From: Pseudomonadota bacterium
GTDB lineage: Bacteria; Desulfobacterota; Desulfarculia; Desulfarculales; Desulfarculaceae
DNA length: 64,000 bases
NCBI GenBank assembly: GCA_018896025.1
Contig: JAHIND010000004.1
Location: 66,512-130,511 of the forward strand
Direction: 5' to 3'
Shown: positions 37,442-46,912 of the stretch, in pieces
Layout of the letters: each line of letters begins with the position of its first letter
Position numbering within the stretch: position 1 is the stretch's first letter
Notes under the pieces: model-generated
The model's input: only the letters and a program-made list of their open reading frames with translations
Told to the model about the DNA's origin: nothing
Database searches by the model: none
Position numbers and translations under genes: made by a program

Positions 37442-39124
37442 CTAGCGCAGGCCCGCCACCGCCTGGGCCACGTTGTAGCAGTAGTCGCCCACCTTCTCGA
37501 AGTTGGTGAGCATGTCCACGAACACCAGGCCTGGATCCACGGTGCACACGCCTGAACGCAGGCGGGTGAGGTAGTCGTCGCGCATCTCCTCGCGCATGAA
37601 GTCGATCTCATCTTCCATGGTCTGGGCCACTTCCATGATCTCCCGGTTGCGCTCCGCCGCGCCGGTGACCACCAGCTCCAGGAAACGCCCGACCTTGTTG
37701 CGCATGGTGCGGTAGTCTTCCATGCCGCGCTCGGCCAACTCCAGCTTGTTCTCCACCATCTCTTCGGTAAGTTCGGCCAGGTTCTCGGTGGCATCGCCCA
37801 CGCGTTCGATGTTGTTGACCATGCGCAGCAGGGAGTTGATCTCGCGGCTTTCCGTGTCGGTGATGGCGCCCTGGCTGACCTGCACCAGAAAATCGGTGAT
37901 GGCTTTCTGCAGGTTGTCCAAGGCCTCCTCGGACTGCTTCCAGCGGGCCAGGTTCTCCAGCTTGCGGTTGAACATCACCTCGGTGACGTCGCGGTACATG
38001 ACCTGGGCCAAGCGGCCCATGCGCACCGTTTCCTCGCGAGCCATGGTAAGGGCCACGCTGGCGTTGTCCACGAACTTGTAATCCAGGTGAATGGGCCGAC
38101 CCATATCCTGCAAGACCGTATCCGGCTCCTTGCCGAAGGTCAGCTTGATCGACGCCTTGACCAATAGGGGCATCAAGAACAAAAACACGACGCAGTTGAC
38201 CACGTTGAACAAGGTGTGCGCGTTGGCGATGTAGCGGGAGATATTGGGCTTTTCGCCAGCCACCACCGCTTCGGCGGCGCCGGTCCCCATTAGGGTACTG
38301 GTCATCCAGGACACGACCCCCACGAACGGATCAAATAACACAACTATGTACAACACACCGAATATATTAAATATAGTGTGCGCCATCGCCACCCGGCGAG
38401 CATGAATGTTGCTGCCGATGGCCGCCAGTTGGGCCGTTACGGTGGTGCCGATGTTGTCGCCCAAGATAAGGGCCACCGAGCCGGGCAGATTGAGCAAGCC
38501 CTGGCTGGCCAAGGCCATGGTTATACCCACGGTGGCCGAGGAAGACTGCACCAAAACCGTCAGGATGGTTCCGGTGAGCACGCACAGAGCGATGCCGCCT
38601 ATGCTGTTGGCGTCGAATTTGGTGAAAAAGGATATGAAATCAGGGTGGGTCCTGAGCGGCTTGAAGCCGTTTTTCATCAGCTCCATGCCGTAGAACAACA
38701 GGCCGAAGCCCAGGATGATCTCGCCCAGATAACGCCACTTGCGCCGCTTGGCGAAAAAGCTGATGGCGACGCCGATGAAAATGGCCGGCAGGGCAATGTC
38801 ACTGATTTTGAAGGCGATCAACTGGGCGGTGATGGTGGTGCCCACGTTGGCGCCCAGGATGACTCCCACCGCCTGGGTGAGGTTCATGAGTCCGGCGTTG
38901 ACAAAACCCACCATGGTCACGGTGGTGACCGAGGAGGACTGAACCACGGCGGTGACCAGGGCCCCCACCATGCAACCTACCAGCCGTTTATTGCTCACCG
39001 CCTCCAAAAAGGCGCGTAAACGGTCGCCGGCCACCTTTTGCAACCCATCGGACATCAGCTTCATGCCGAAGAGGAAAAGGCCCAGCCCACCGAGGGCTTG
39101 AATTATTATGTTGGTGAAATTCAC
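37442..39124 (-). CDS. Na+/phosphate cotransporter with PhoU-like domain
   Basis: GGLGLFLFG, VQSSS, GANVGTT, GDNIGTT; C-terminal ERVGD helical bundle. Confidence 0.92.
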   Translation of the reverse strand: MNFTNIIIQALGGLGLFLFGMKLMSDGLQKVAGDRLRAFLEAVSNKRLVGCMVGALVTAVVQSSSVTTVTMVGFVNAGLMNLTQAVGVILGANVGTTITAQLIAFKISDIALPAIFIGVAISFFAKRRKWRYLGEIILGFGLLFYGMELMKNGFKPLRTHPDFISFFTKFDANSIGGIALCVLTGTILTVLVQSSSATVGITMALASQGLLNLPGSVALILGDNIGTTVTAQLAAIGSNIHARRVAMAHTIFNIFGVLYIVVLFDPFVGVVSWMTSTLMGTGAAEAVVAGEKPNISRYIANAHTLFNVVNCVVFLFLMPLLVKASIKLTFGKEPDTVLQDMGRPIHLDYKFVDNASVALTMAREETVRMGRLAQVMYRDVTEVMFNRKLENLARWKQSEEALDNLQKAITDFLVQVSQGAITDTESREINSLLRMVNNIERVGDATENLAELTEEMVENKLELAERGMEDYRTMRNKVGRFLELVVTGAAERNREIMEVAQTMEDEIDFMREEMRDDYLTRLRSGVCTVDPGLVFVDMLTNFEKVGDYCYNVAQAVAGLR

Positions 39125-39302
39125 TGTCCTACGGGCAGCCTTGTGTGCGGTGGGAAAGCTCTATGTAACCAGATTGCAACCTTGCGGCATTTTTATCCCC
39201 CATCTTTCCCAGCGTCAACCCCAAAAGGCCTATCGCCGTCTATCGAAATAGTAGATGGGGTTGAAGATTAGGCGGGCAATCGGGCGGCGCCGCGTCAAGC
39301 CC

Positions 39303-39737
39303 TCAGGGAGCCAGGCTGTCCCGGACCTGCTCCTCCAACTTGGCCAGGCGCTCGATGAGGACCTCCTGCTCGTCGGGGGGCAAAAGAGAAAGCTCGCCGC
39401 CCAGTTCGGGGCTGCTGACCATGAAGCGGGGGTTGCCCTGCACGCTGTTTTCCAAAAACAGCGACCGCCCGTATTCCAGGGAAAGGCGGTCCAGGGCCAG
39501 GTCGCGGGGGTCGTCGATCTCCGGGGCCAGGCGGTGACGCCGCTGCCCCAGACCGGCCACTATGTCGCCGGTGATCTTGGCCACCACCTGCCGCCGCCGC
39601 GCCTCGATGCTCTGGGCCACCGGGTTGGGTGCATCGCCTTCCGGGGCGCTCACCCGGCGGCTACGGGACAGCTCCCGGCTTATGCGGCGGGCGTGGGCGC
39701 TCAACACTTTGCGCAAATCTTGATCGGCAATGCTCAC
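39303..39737 (-). CDS. Hypothetical protein, weakly reminiscent of DVU0524-like (FlgM-associated) proteins
   Basis: GGAG RBS + GTG; SIEARRRQVVAKIT resembles that family from memory; no flgM adjacent. Confidence 0.5.
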   Translation of the reverse strand: MSIADQDLRKVLSAHARRISRELSRSRRVSAPEGDAPNPVAQSIEARRRQVVAKITGDIVAGLGQRRHRLAPEIDDPRDLALDRLSLEYGRSLFLENSVQGNPRFMVSSPELGGELSLLPPDEQEVLIERLAKLEEQVRDSLAP

Positions 39738-39837
39738 CTGAGGGCTCCGGTGCAGCAGGGGTTAAGCACATAACGTGTGATTGATTCTAACTCTTTTTCC
39801 CAAGGCTGCACAACCTTTCCACGCCGGGCCGATCAAC

Positions 39838-39867
39838 TTGACCCTGAGCCGGGGGGAGGGCTATTCT
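39838..39867 (+). promoter_or_regulatory. Putative sigma70 promoter
   Basis: TTGACC-N18-TATTCT. Confidence 0.5.
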
Positions 39868-40057
39868 GAATATATGGTTGGGTGATTAATTTAAACTTTC
39901 TGCACCCAGATTGGAGGTGCGATGTTCTGTCCATCATTGGACAGGCACATCTCCCGCCTAGCTCTCTCCGGGCTTCGCCCCCGGGACACTCCCCCACGGC
40001 AAGCGCCAAGGCGCATCATGCATAGGGCCGGCTTATGTCCGGTCCAAGGAGAGATTT

Positions 40058-41185
40058 ATGCTACAAGACCGTCAACTGCATCAACTCGCGTCTATCCGAA
40101 CCACTCCCCACGCCACCCTGAGCTTGTACCTGGCCCTGGACCAATCCAGGGATCAGCGGCTTTTGGCCTTGGGTGACCTGATAAAAAGAAAGGAGCAGCA
40201 ACTGAGCGGCAACGGCACCGCCGCCATGTGGTCTGCCTTCAGCGACGACCTGCAAAAAATGGAGAGGCTGGTGGAGGAGTTGCCGGCCAGTCCGGGCCGA
40301 GGCTTGGCCGTGTTCGCCTGCGGTCCTGCGGGCCTGTTCGAGAGCCTCAGCCTGGAGGTGCCGGTAAGCAACCTGCTGGAGACCGGTCCGGCTCCTTATA
40401 TCCGCCCCCTGGCCGCCCTGGCCGGGGACCTCAGCCATACCCTGGCCGTGCTCCTGGACGGCAAACGGGCCCGCTTTTTCAGCTGCTTCCTGGGAACCGC
40501 CGAGGAATTGCCCGAGGCGGAGATCATCGGCGAGGCCGGTCCCACCCTGGAGGGCGGCAGCCAGGGCCGCACCGGCGACAGCCACCTGTCGCGCAAATCG
40601 GGACAGGCCAGGATGCGTTACCTCAAGGACGTGGCCATTCAGGCTCGCGGGCTCATGGAAAGCTCGGGCTACAAGCATCTGGTCCTGGGCGGATCGCACG
40701 CAGTGGTGGACGAACTGAGCGAGCAACTGCATCCCTATCTGGAGCAACGTCTGGCTGGAGAATTCAGCCTGGACATCACCGCCGGTCCCACTCAAGTGGC
40801 CCAGGAAGTGGCCCTGGCCTTGCAGGAGTCGCGGCGTAAAAACCAAGAGAAGCTGTTGGCCAACCTGGCCGACAACCTGGGGCCGGGCGGCCAGGCGGCC
40901 ACCGGGCTCAACCAGGTGCTGGGTGCCTTGTACGAGGGCCGGGTGCACACCCTGTTCGTGCGCCGGGGCCACACCGCGTCGGGCGGGTGCTGCCCCTCCT
41001 GCGGCCGCCTGCGCCACGTGGCGGGCCGCTGCCCCATCTGCAACCAGGCCATGACCCAGGTGGACGACGTGGTCAACCTGGCCGTGGCCGGGGCCCTGGT
41101 CGGCGGGGCCCGTTTGGAGCAGATCGACGGCGACTCACCCCTGGATGAGCTGGGTGGCGTGGCCGCCCTGCTGCGCTATGCTTAG
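40058..41185 (+). CDS. Bacterial archaeo-eukaryotic release factor-like protein (baeRF10 / Vms1-like)
   Basis: aeRF1-like layout: GLAVFA, PAPYIRPL, GGSQ loop, GLNQVL.AL.EGRVHTL, CPSC...CPIC, GGVAALLRY. Confidence 0.8.
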   Translation: MLQDRQLHQLASIRTTPHATLSLYLALDQSRDQRLLALGDLIKRKEQQLSGNGTAAMWSAFSDDLQKMERLVEELPASPGRGLAVFACGPAGLFESLSLEVPVSNLLETGPAPYIRPLAALAGDLSHTLAVLLDGKRARFFSCFLGTAEELPEAEIIGEAGPTLEGGSQGRTGDSHLSRKSGQARMRYLKDVAIQARGLMESSGYKHLVLGGSHAVVDELSEQLHPYLEQRLAGEFSLDITAGPTQVAQEVALALQESRRKNQEKLLANLADNLGPGGQAATGLNQVLGALYEGRVHTLFVRRGHTASGGCCPSCGRLRHVAGRCPICNQAMTQVDDVVNLAVAGALVGGARLEQIDGDSPLDELGGVAALLRYA

Positions 41186-41190
41186 GAGGT

Positions 41191-41676
41191 ATGGCTAAGA
41201 AAGACAAGATACCGGCCACGCCGGCCCTGCACGCCTTGAAGGGGGCCGGCGTGGCCTTTACTCCCCGCCCCTACGACTACGTACCCCACGGCGGCACCGG
41301 CGAGGCCGCCTCCCAACTGAAAGTGGACGAGCACCAGGTGATCAAGACCCTGGTGATGCAGGACGAAAGCGGGGAGCCCTTGCTGGTGCTCATGCACGGC
41401 GACAAGGAGGTCTCCACCAAGAACCTGGCCCGCCAACTGGGGCGCAAGTCGGTGGAGCCCTGCGCCGAGCGCGACGCCCAGCGCTACACCGGCTACCAGG
41501 TGGGGGGCATCAGCCCCTTTGGCATACGCCGCAAGATGCCGGTGTTCGTGGAAAAAGGCATCCTGGACCTGGAGCGGGTGTACATCAACGGCGGCAAGCG
41601 CGGCCTGCTGGTGGAGATAACCCCGGCGGTCTTGCTGAAGATGCTGAACCCCACCCCGGTGGAGGCGGCGCTTTAG
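41191..41676 (+). CDS. ybaK: Cys-tRNA(Pro) deacylase
   Basis: TPA, VIKTLV, TGYQVGGISPFG, INGGKRG. Confidence 0.93.
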   Translation: MAKKDKIPATPALHALKGAGVAFTPRPYDYVPHGGTGEAASQLKVDEHQVIKTLVMQDESGEPLLVLMHGDKEVSTKNLARQLGRKSVEPCAERDAQRYTGYQVGGISPFGIRRKMPVFVEKGILDLERVYINGGKRGLLVEITPAVLLKMLNPTPVEAAL

Positions 41677-41680
41677 ATAC

Positions 41681-42163
41681 TTACTCCGAGTCCTTGGCCG
41701 CCCCCGCTTCTTCCAACAACTCGCCCAAATACTTAGCCAGCTTGCCGGTAAGCTCGGTGCAGATGGTCCGGCGGCTGTCCGGCTGGCCGTAGAAGGTCTT
41801 GACCTCGTCCTTGGCCTTCCAGTTCACCCGGGCGATGTCCGCGCAGTTGGTGCCGCCATAAGGCTCGCTCATCTGGGCAAAGGCCTTGCTCAGCTTGAAG
41901 CTCAGGAGCCACATCTTGGGGTCGTCCTGTTCATCGGGACGGGACTTGCCGTAGCGAGCCGAGACCGCGGCGATGGCCCCCAAAAGAATGCCGCAGGTGC
42001 GGCCCGAGGAGGCGATGCCTCCGCCATAGGCCCCAACCGCCCGGACAATTTCCGGGCTGGACATGCCCATCTTTTCCAAGCCAACGGCCACCAGGGCCTG
42101 GCTACAGTGCATCCTTTTTTTAAAAAGCTCCTCGGCCTTGACGCGCATCTCCTCGGGGGTCAT
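41681..42163 (-). CDS. C-GCAxxG-C-C family protein, Cys form
   Basis: HCSQ (Cys20), GAYGGG, TCGILLG, NC, IC. Confidence 0.88.
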   Translation of the reverse strand: MTPEEMRVKAEELFKKRMHCSQALVAVGLEKMGMSSPEIVRAVGAYGGGIASSGRTCGILLGAIAAVSARYGKSRPDEQDDPKMWLLSFKLSKAFAQMSEPYGGTNCADIARVNWKAKDEVKTFYGQPDSRRTICTELTGKLAKYLGELLEEAGAAKDSE

Positions 42164-42209
42164 GCATCTTCTCCCACTGTACGATGTTGCTCCACTCGCC
42201 CAATCGCCC

Positions 42210-42689
42210 CTAGCCTTCGGGCCAGGGACGGTTATCCTCCAACATCTGTCCCAGGTAGACCGCCATGTCGCAGATCAGGCTCTCGCAGCGCCGCCTGGTG
42301 CTGTCGGGCGCGGTGCGGAACCAGGTGAGCTTTTCCCGGTCGTTCAGGTCGAAGCCCAAGATGCAGCGGCAATCCACCCCGCCGTAGGGGGCGGTCAACT
42401 CCTCGAACCGCTCCACCAGGCTGCGCGACAGGGCCTTGAGCTTGGGGTCCTCCTGCACAGTGGGGTCGCCGGTTCCGTAGAGGCTGGCCACCATGCCCAC
42501 CGCCCCGGTGAGGATGCCGCAGACCCTTCCGCTGCGGGCCACTCCCCCCCCATAGGCACCCATGGCCTTGATGATCTCCGGGTTCACCCGCCCGGCCTTT
42601 TCCTGGCCCACGGCCAGGATGGCCTGGCTTCAATGATAGCTTTGATTGAACAACTCCAGGGTGCGCCTACGAATCTGCTGTGGGGTCAT
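42210..42689 (-). CDS. C-GCAxxG-C-C family selenoprotein (Sec at codon 20, UGA 42632-42630), 159 aa
   Basis: GGGAGA RBS + ATG 42689 reads MTPQQIRRRTLELFNQSYH-UGA-SQAILAVGQEK..., colinear with neighbour MTPEEMRVKAEELFKKRMH-C-SQALVAVGLEK; SECIS-like hairpin follows. Confidence 0.85.
42601..42629 (-). promoter_or_regulatory. Bacterial SECIS-like element
   Basis: 8-bp stem UCCUGGCC / GGCCAGGA with G-initiated GUG loop starting 18 nt after the UGA. Confidence 0.75.
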
Positions 42690-42723
42690 GATGTCTCCCA
42701 AGGATATTGCCGCCGGCTGCCGC

Positions 42724-43482
42724 TCAGGCTGCCGCGCCAAAGCTGGCCACGGTGTAGGTGCCGCTGCGGGCGTCTTTGTTCAGGGTGACGATGCCCTGCT
42801 TTTCCGCGTCCAGGAGCAGGTCTGAGAAGGAACGGTAGCCGTGGTAGGACTCGTCGAAAGAGGGCTGCTTGCGCTTCATGGTGTCCTTGACCATGGAGGC
42901 GTAGATGATCTCCTTGTTTTCCCGTTGCAGGGCCAAGAGCGACTGGATGACCAGTTGAAAGACTTCGCGCTTGGCCAGGGGCAGGCCCTTGGGCAGGGAG
43001 GGAGGCTGGCTGTTCTGGCGCTCCAGGTCCTCGTAGTAGACGAACTCGTCGCAGTTGTCGCGCAAAAGGTCGCTGGTGGAGGCCTTCATGCCCAGGCCGA
43101 TGACCCGCTTGCCGTTTTCCTTGAGTTTGCTCACCAGGGGGGAGAAGTCGCTGTCCCCGCTGACGATGACGAAGGTGTCCACGTGGCCCTTGGAGTAGCA
43201 AAGGTCGATGGCGTCCACCACCAGGCGTATGTCCGCGCTGTTCTTGCCGGTTTGGCTGCGCTTGGGTATCTCGATGAGTTCCACGGCCAACTCGTGCATC
43301 TGGTGCTTGTAGTTGCCGTAGCGGGTCCAGTCGGCGTAGGCCTTCTTGACCACCACCTTGCCCTTTTCCACAAGGCGCTCCAGGATCAGACGGGCGTCGA
43401 AGTTTTCCTTGCGGTTGTTCAGGCCCAGGGCCAGGTTTTCAAAATCGATGAACACGGCCAACGTGTGTTCGCTATCGGGCAA
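42724..43482 (-). CDS. NYN domain (LabA/DUF88) protein with C-terminal OST-HTH/LOTUS domain
   Basis: FIDFEN, KNSADIRLVVDA, VSGDSDF; FDESYHGYRSFSDLL. Confidence 0.9.
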   Translation of the reverse strand: MPDSEHTLAVFIDFENLALGLNNRKENFDARLILERLVEKGKVVVKKAYADWTRYGNYKHQMHELAVELIEIPKRSQTGKNSADIRLVVDAIDLCYSKGHVDTFVIVSGDSDFSPLVSKLKENGKRVIGLGMKASTSDLLRDNCDEFVYYEDLERQNSQPPSLPKGLPLAKREVFQLVIQSLLALQRENKEIIYASMVKDTMKRKQPSFDESYHGYRSFSDLLLDAEKQGIVTLNKDARSGTYTVASFGAAA

Positions 43483-43669
43483 AATTTCCTCCTGGAATTT
43501 GGTGGCGCCCCGGTATGGGCTTTTGCTCCCCTCCGGTGTAAGTTACCATACCTTGAACATTGGGGGCACACGCAAGGTGCGGCCTTGCTATTTGGTCGCT
43601 TACGTGCTCAAAATTGAGCATCCGTCCCCAAGACGTGGATGAGCCTGAAAACCCAAAAAGGGGGTTGCC

Positions 43670-46222
43670 GTGCGGCCCAGCCTTACATTTCAAATAAAGC
43701 CCGATCTCCCCGAGCCTCTGGCTCCCTTGGCCGAGATAGCGGCCAACCTATGGTTCAGCTGGCACGCCGAGGCGGTGGACCTGATGCAGCGGGTGGACCA
43801 CAACCTGTGGCGCGAGGTATGCCACAACCCGGTGGCCCTGCTGAACCAAACCAGCCAGGAGCGCCTGGAGGCCCTGTCCCAGGACAGCGGGTTCCTGGCC
43901 CAGTTGGACCGGGTGGCCGAGCTGATGCACGCCTACCTGGACGCCACCAAATGCACCTTCCTGAACGGCCGGGCCCCGGCAGGGCTCAAGATCGCCTACT
44001 TCTCGGCCGAGTACGGCCTGGCCGACTGCCTGTCGCTGTACTCCGGCGGTCTGGGGGTCCTTAGCGGCGATCATCTGAAAAGCGCCAGCGACCTCAACCT
44101 GCCCCTGGTGGCGGTGGGTCTGGCCTACGGCCAGGGCTACTTCAACCAATATCTGGACGCCGGCGGCTGGCAGCAGGAGGAGTACCACACCAACGACTTC
44201 TACAATCTGCCCATGGCCCTGATGACCAACGACGACGGCAGCGAGCTGCGCATCAGCGTGGACATCGAGGGCCGTCCCCTGCAGGCCAGGGTGTGGCGGG
44301 TGTCGGTGGGCCGGGTTCCCTTGTACCTCATGGACGCCAACCTGGAGGACAACCCCCAGGACCTGCGCTCCATAACCTTTCAGCTCTACGGCGGCGACCG
44401 TCAGATGCGCATCCGCCAGGAGATACTCCTGGGCATCGGCGGGGTGCGCCTGCTGGACGCCCTGGGCATCGAGCCCAACGTGTACCACATGAACGAGGGC
44501 CACAGCGCCTTCGCAGGGTTGGAGCGCATCCGCCAGATCCGCCAGGAGCGGGGGCTCAACTTCAACGAGGCCCGGGAGGTGGTGCGCGCCTCCAACTGCT
44601 TCACCACCCACACCCCGGTGCCCGCGGGCAACGACTATTTCGACCCCGATCTGGTGCGGCGGCACTTCGGCAGTTACGTGGCCGACCTGGGAATCTCCCT
44701 GCCGGTGCTCATGGCCTATGGCCGGGTGGACCCGCGCAACGACAGCGAGCAGTTCTGCATGACCGTGCTGGCCCTAAGGCTCAGCGGCTTCGCCAACGGG
44801 GTCAGCCGCCTGCACGGCCGGGTGAGCCGCCAGATGTGGCAGGGAGTGTGGCCCCACTTCCCCGAGGTGGACCTGCCCATCGGCCACGTGACCAACGGGG
44901 TGCATATCCCCTCCTGGATCAGCAACGACATGGCCTACCTCTACTACCGCCACCTGGGGCCGGGATGGCACGAAAACCCCGACAGCGAGGCAGTGTGGAA
45001 GACGGTGGAGGACGTGCCCGACTCGGAGCTTTGGCGGGTGCGGGAGCGCCGCCGCAGCCAGATGGTCACCTTTATCCGCAACACCCTGGTGGCCCAGCTC
45101 AGCCGCCGGGGGGCGGGCACCGAGGAGCTGCGCCGGGCCAGCGAGACCCTGAACCCCGAGGCCCTGACCATCGTCTTCGCGCGGCGCTTCGCCACCTACA
45201 AGCGGGCGGTCTTGATCGCCCAAGACGCCGACCGCCTGGCCGAGATCATGAACGACCCCAAAAAGCCGGTGCAGATCATCTTTGCGGGCAAGGCCCACCC
45301 CAGGGACGAAGAGGGCAAGGAGTTCATCCGCCGGGTGGTGGCCCTCACCCGGGACAAACGCTTCATGGACAAGTTGGTGTTCATCGAGGACTACGACATC
45401 AACACGGCCCGCTATCTGGTGCAGGGGGCCGACGTGTGGCTCAACACCCCCCGGCGGCCCATGGAGGCCTGCGGCACCAGCGGCATGAAGGCAGTGGCCA
45501 ACGGCGGCCTGCACCTGAGCATCCTGGACGGCTGGTGGGACGAGGGCTTCAAGCCCGGCCTGGGCTGGGCCATCGGCCGGGGGGACGAGCCCTCGGACAA
45601 ATACCCCCTGGACGATATGGAGGCCAAGGCCCTGTACCGTTTGCTGGAAAACGAGGTGGTGCCCCTGTTCTACCGCCGCGACGCCTACGACCTGCCCCGG
45701 GAGTGGATCGGCTACGTCAAGAGCAGCCTGCGCAACCTGTGCCCAGCCTTCAACAGCCACCGCATGGTGGAGGACTACGCCGAGGGGGGCTACCTGCCCG
45801 CTTGTGAGCGCTATCAAGCCCTGGTGAAAGACGACTTTAGCGGAGCCAGGGAACTGGGCTCCTGGGCCCAGCGCATCATGGAAAACTGGAGCCAGGTTCA
45901 GGTGACCGATGCCCAAAGCTCAGCGCCCCGCTCCATGACCTGGGGCCAGGAGTTCCCGGTCAGCGCCTCGGTGCGCCTGGGCGGTTTGCAGCCCGGCGAC
46001 GTGGCGGTGGACGCCTATTACGGGCGCCTGGGTACCGACGGGGAGTTCGCCGAGCGCATGACCCACCCCCTGGAGCCGGTGGGCCAAAACGACGGGGTGT
46101 GGCGCTTCGAGGGCAAGGTTTTGGCCCAGAGTACCGGACGCCTGGGCGTGGCGGTCAGGGTGGTGCCCTATCACCCCTTGGCGGGCAACAAGTATGCCCT
46201 GGGACTCGCCGCCTGGAGCTAG
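43670..46222 (+). CDS. glgP: Alpha-glucan (glycogen/maltodextrin) phosphorylase
   Basis: YSGGLGVLSGD, NEGH, FARRFATYKR, EACGTSGMKA PLP-lysine motif. Confidence 0.95.
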   Translation: MRPSLTFQIKPDLPEPLAPLAEIAANLWFSWHAEAVDLMQRVDHNLWREVCHNPVALLNQTSQERLEALSQDSGFLAQLDRVAELMHAYLDATKCTFLNGRAPAGLKIAYFSAEYGLADCLSLYSGGLGVLSGDHLKSASDLNLPLVAVGLAYGQGYFNQYLDAGGWQQEEYHTNDFYNLPMALMTNDDGSELRISVDIEGRPLQARVWRVSVGRVPLYLMDANLEDNPQDLRSITFQLYGGDRQMRIRQEILLGIGGVRLLDALGIEPNVYHMNEGHSAFAGLERIRQIRQERGLNFNEAREVVRASNCFTTHTPVPAGNDYFDPDLVRRHFGSYVADLGISLPVLMAYGRVDPRNDSEQFCMTVLALRLSGFANGVSRLHGRVSRQMWQGVWPHFPEVDLPIGHVTNGVHIPSWISNDMAYLYYRHLGPGWHENPDSEAVWKTVEDVPDSELWRVRERRRSQMVTFIRNTLVAQLSRRGAGTEELRRASETLNPEALTIVFARRFATYKRAVLIAQDADRLAEIMNDPKKPVQIIFAGKAHPRDEEGKEFIRRVVALTRDKRFMDKLVFIEDYDINTARYLVQGADVWLNTPRRPMEACGTSGMKAVANGGLHLSILDGWWDEGFKPGLGWAIGRGDEPSDKYPLDDMEAKALYRLLENEVVPLFYRRDAYDLPREWIGYVKSSLRNLCPAFNSHRMVEDYAEGGYLPACERYQALVKDDFSGARELGSWAQRIMENWSQVQVTDAQSSAPRSMTWGQEFPVSASVRLGGLQPGDVAVDAYYGRLGTDGEFAERMTHPLEPVGQNDGVWRFEGKVLAQSTGRLGVAVRVVPYHPLAGNKYALGLAAWS

Positions 46223-46339
46223 CCCGGCACAGCCAGCCACCGGTATACTGCGTTGCCGGCTACACTTAGGCCTCGGCGTAGGTAAGGCTACGCCTGCGGC
46301 CTGCGCTTGCCGGACGCCTTGTCTACCTGATTATGCGGC

Positions 46340-46858
46340 CTATCCCTCGTTGGGGCCGGGCTTGGACTTGGAGGCGAAATGCAGGCGGCGCGGCGCGTGC
46401 AAGGAGGGGCGGTTGGCCGCCAGGTTGCGCTCTTGCCAGGAGCGGCTGAGCACGAAAGTGGGGGAATCGTCGCGGGTCTTGGAGGCATGGCTCAGGAAGT
46501 CCTGGTCCAGCCAGTCCTGGGTCAGGGCTTGGCCGTCCTGGGGCAGGATGCCCAGCACCCGGCAGATCTCGGGCAGGGTGACGGTCTCGTTCTCGTCGAA
46601 CATGGGCAGCACCCGCTTTTGCAGCTTGGTCAGCTTGCGGCGGGCCTCGGCTTCCAGGCGCTGGCGGCGTTCTTCCTCGGTCTCCACGCCGGGAGGTCCG
46701 CCCAGCTTGAGATAGTCGTTGACCTTGTTCATGAAACCCAGGGCCACCCAGTCGCCCAGGAGACCGGCCTCCACCAGGCGGTCCCCCTGCTGGGAGCCCA
46801 GGAACTCCCGCCAGCGACGGTACACCTCATCGGAGAGATTTAGCTCTATGACCGGCAT
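46340..46858 (-). CDS. Hypothetical protein, possible RHH + winged-helix DNA-binding protein
   Basis: GGAGG RBS; N-terminal beta-strand/helix pattern MPVIELNLSDEVYRRW; VTLPEICRVLGI HTH-like segment. Confidence 0.6.
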   Translation of the reverse strand: MPVIELNLSDEVYRRWREFLGSQQGDRLVEAGLLGDWVALGFMNKVNDYLKLGGPPGVETEEERRQRLEAEARRKLTKLQKRVLPMFDENETVTLPEICRVLGILPQDGQALTQDWLDQDFLSHASKTRDDSPTFVLSRSWQERNLAANRPSLHAPRRLHFASKSKPGPNEG

Positions 46859-46912
46859 GCTCGCCCTCCTTTGGCCAATGATTTACCAGCAACCCCGCCC
46901 GGAGTCCAGGCG

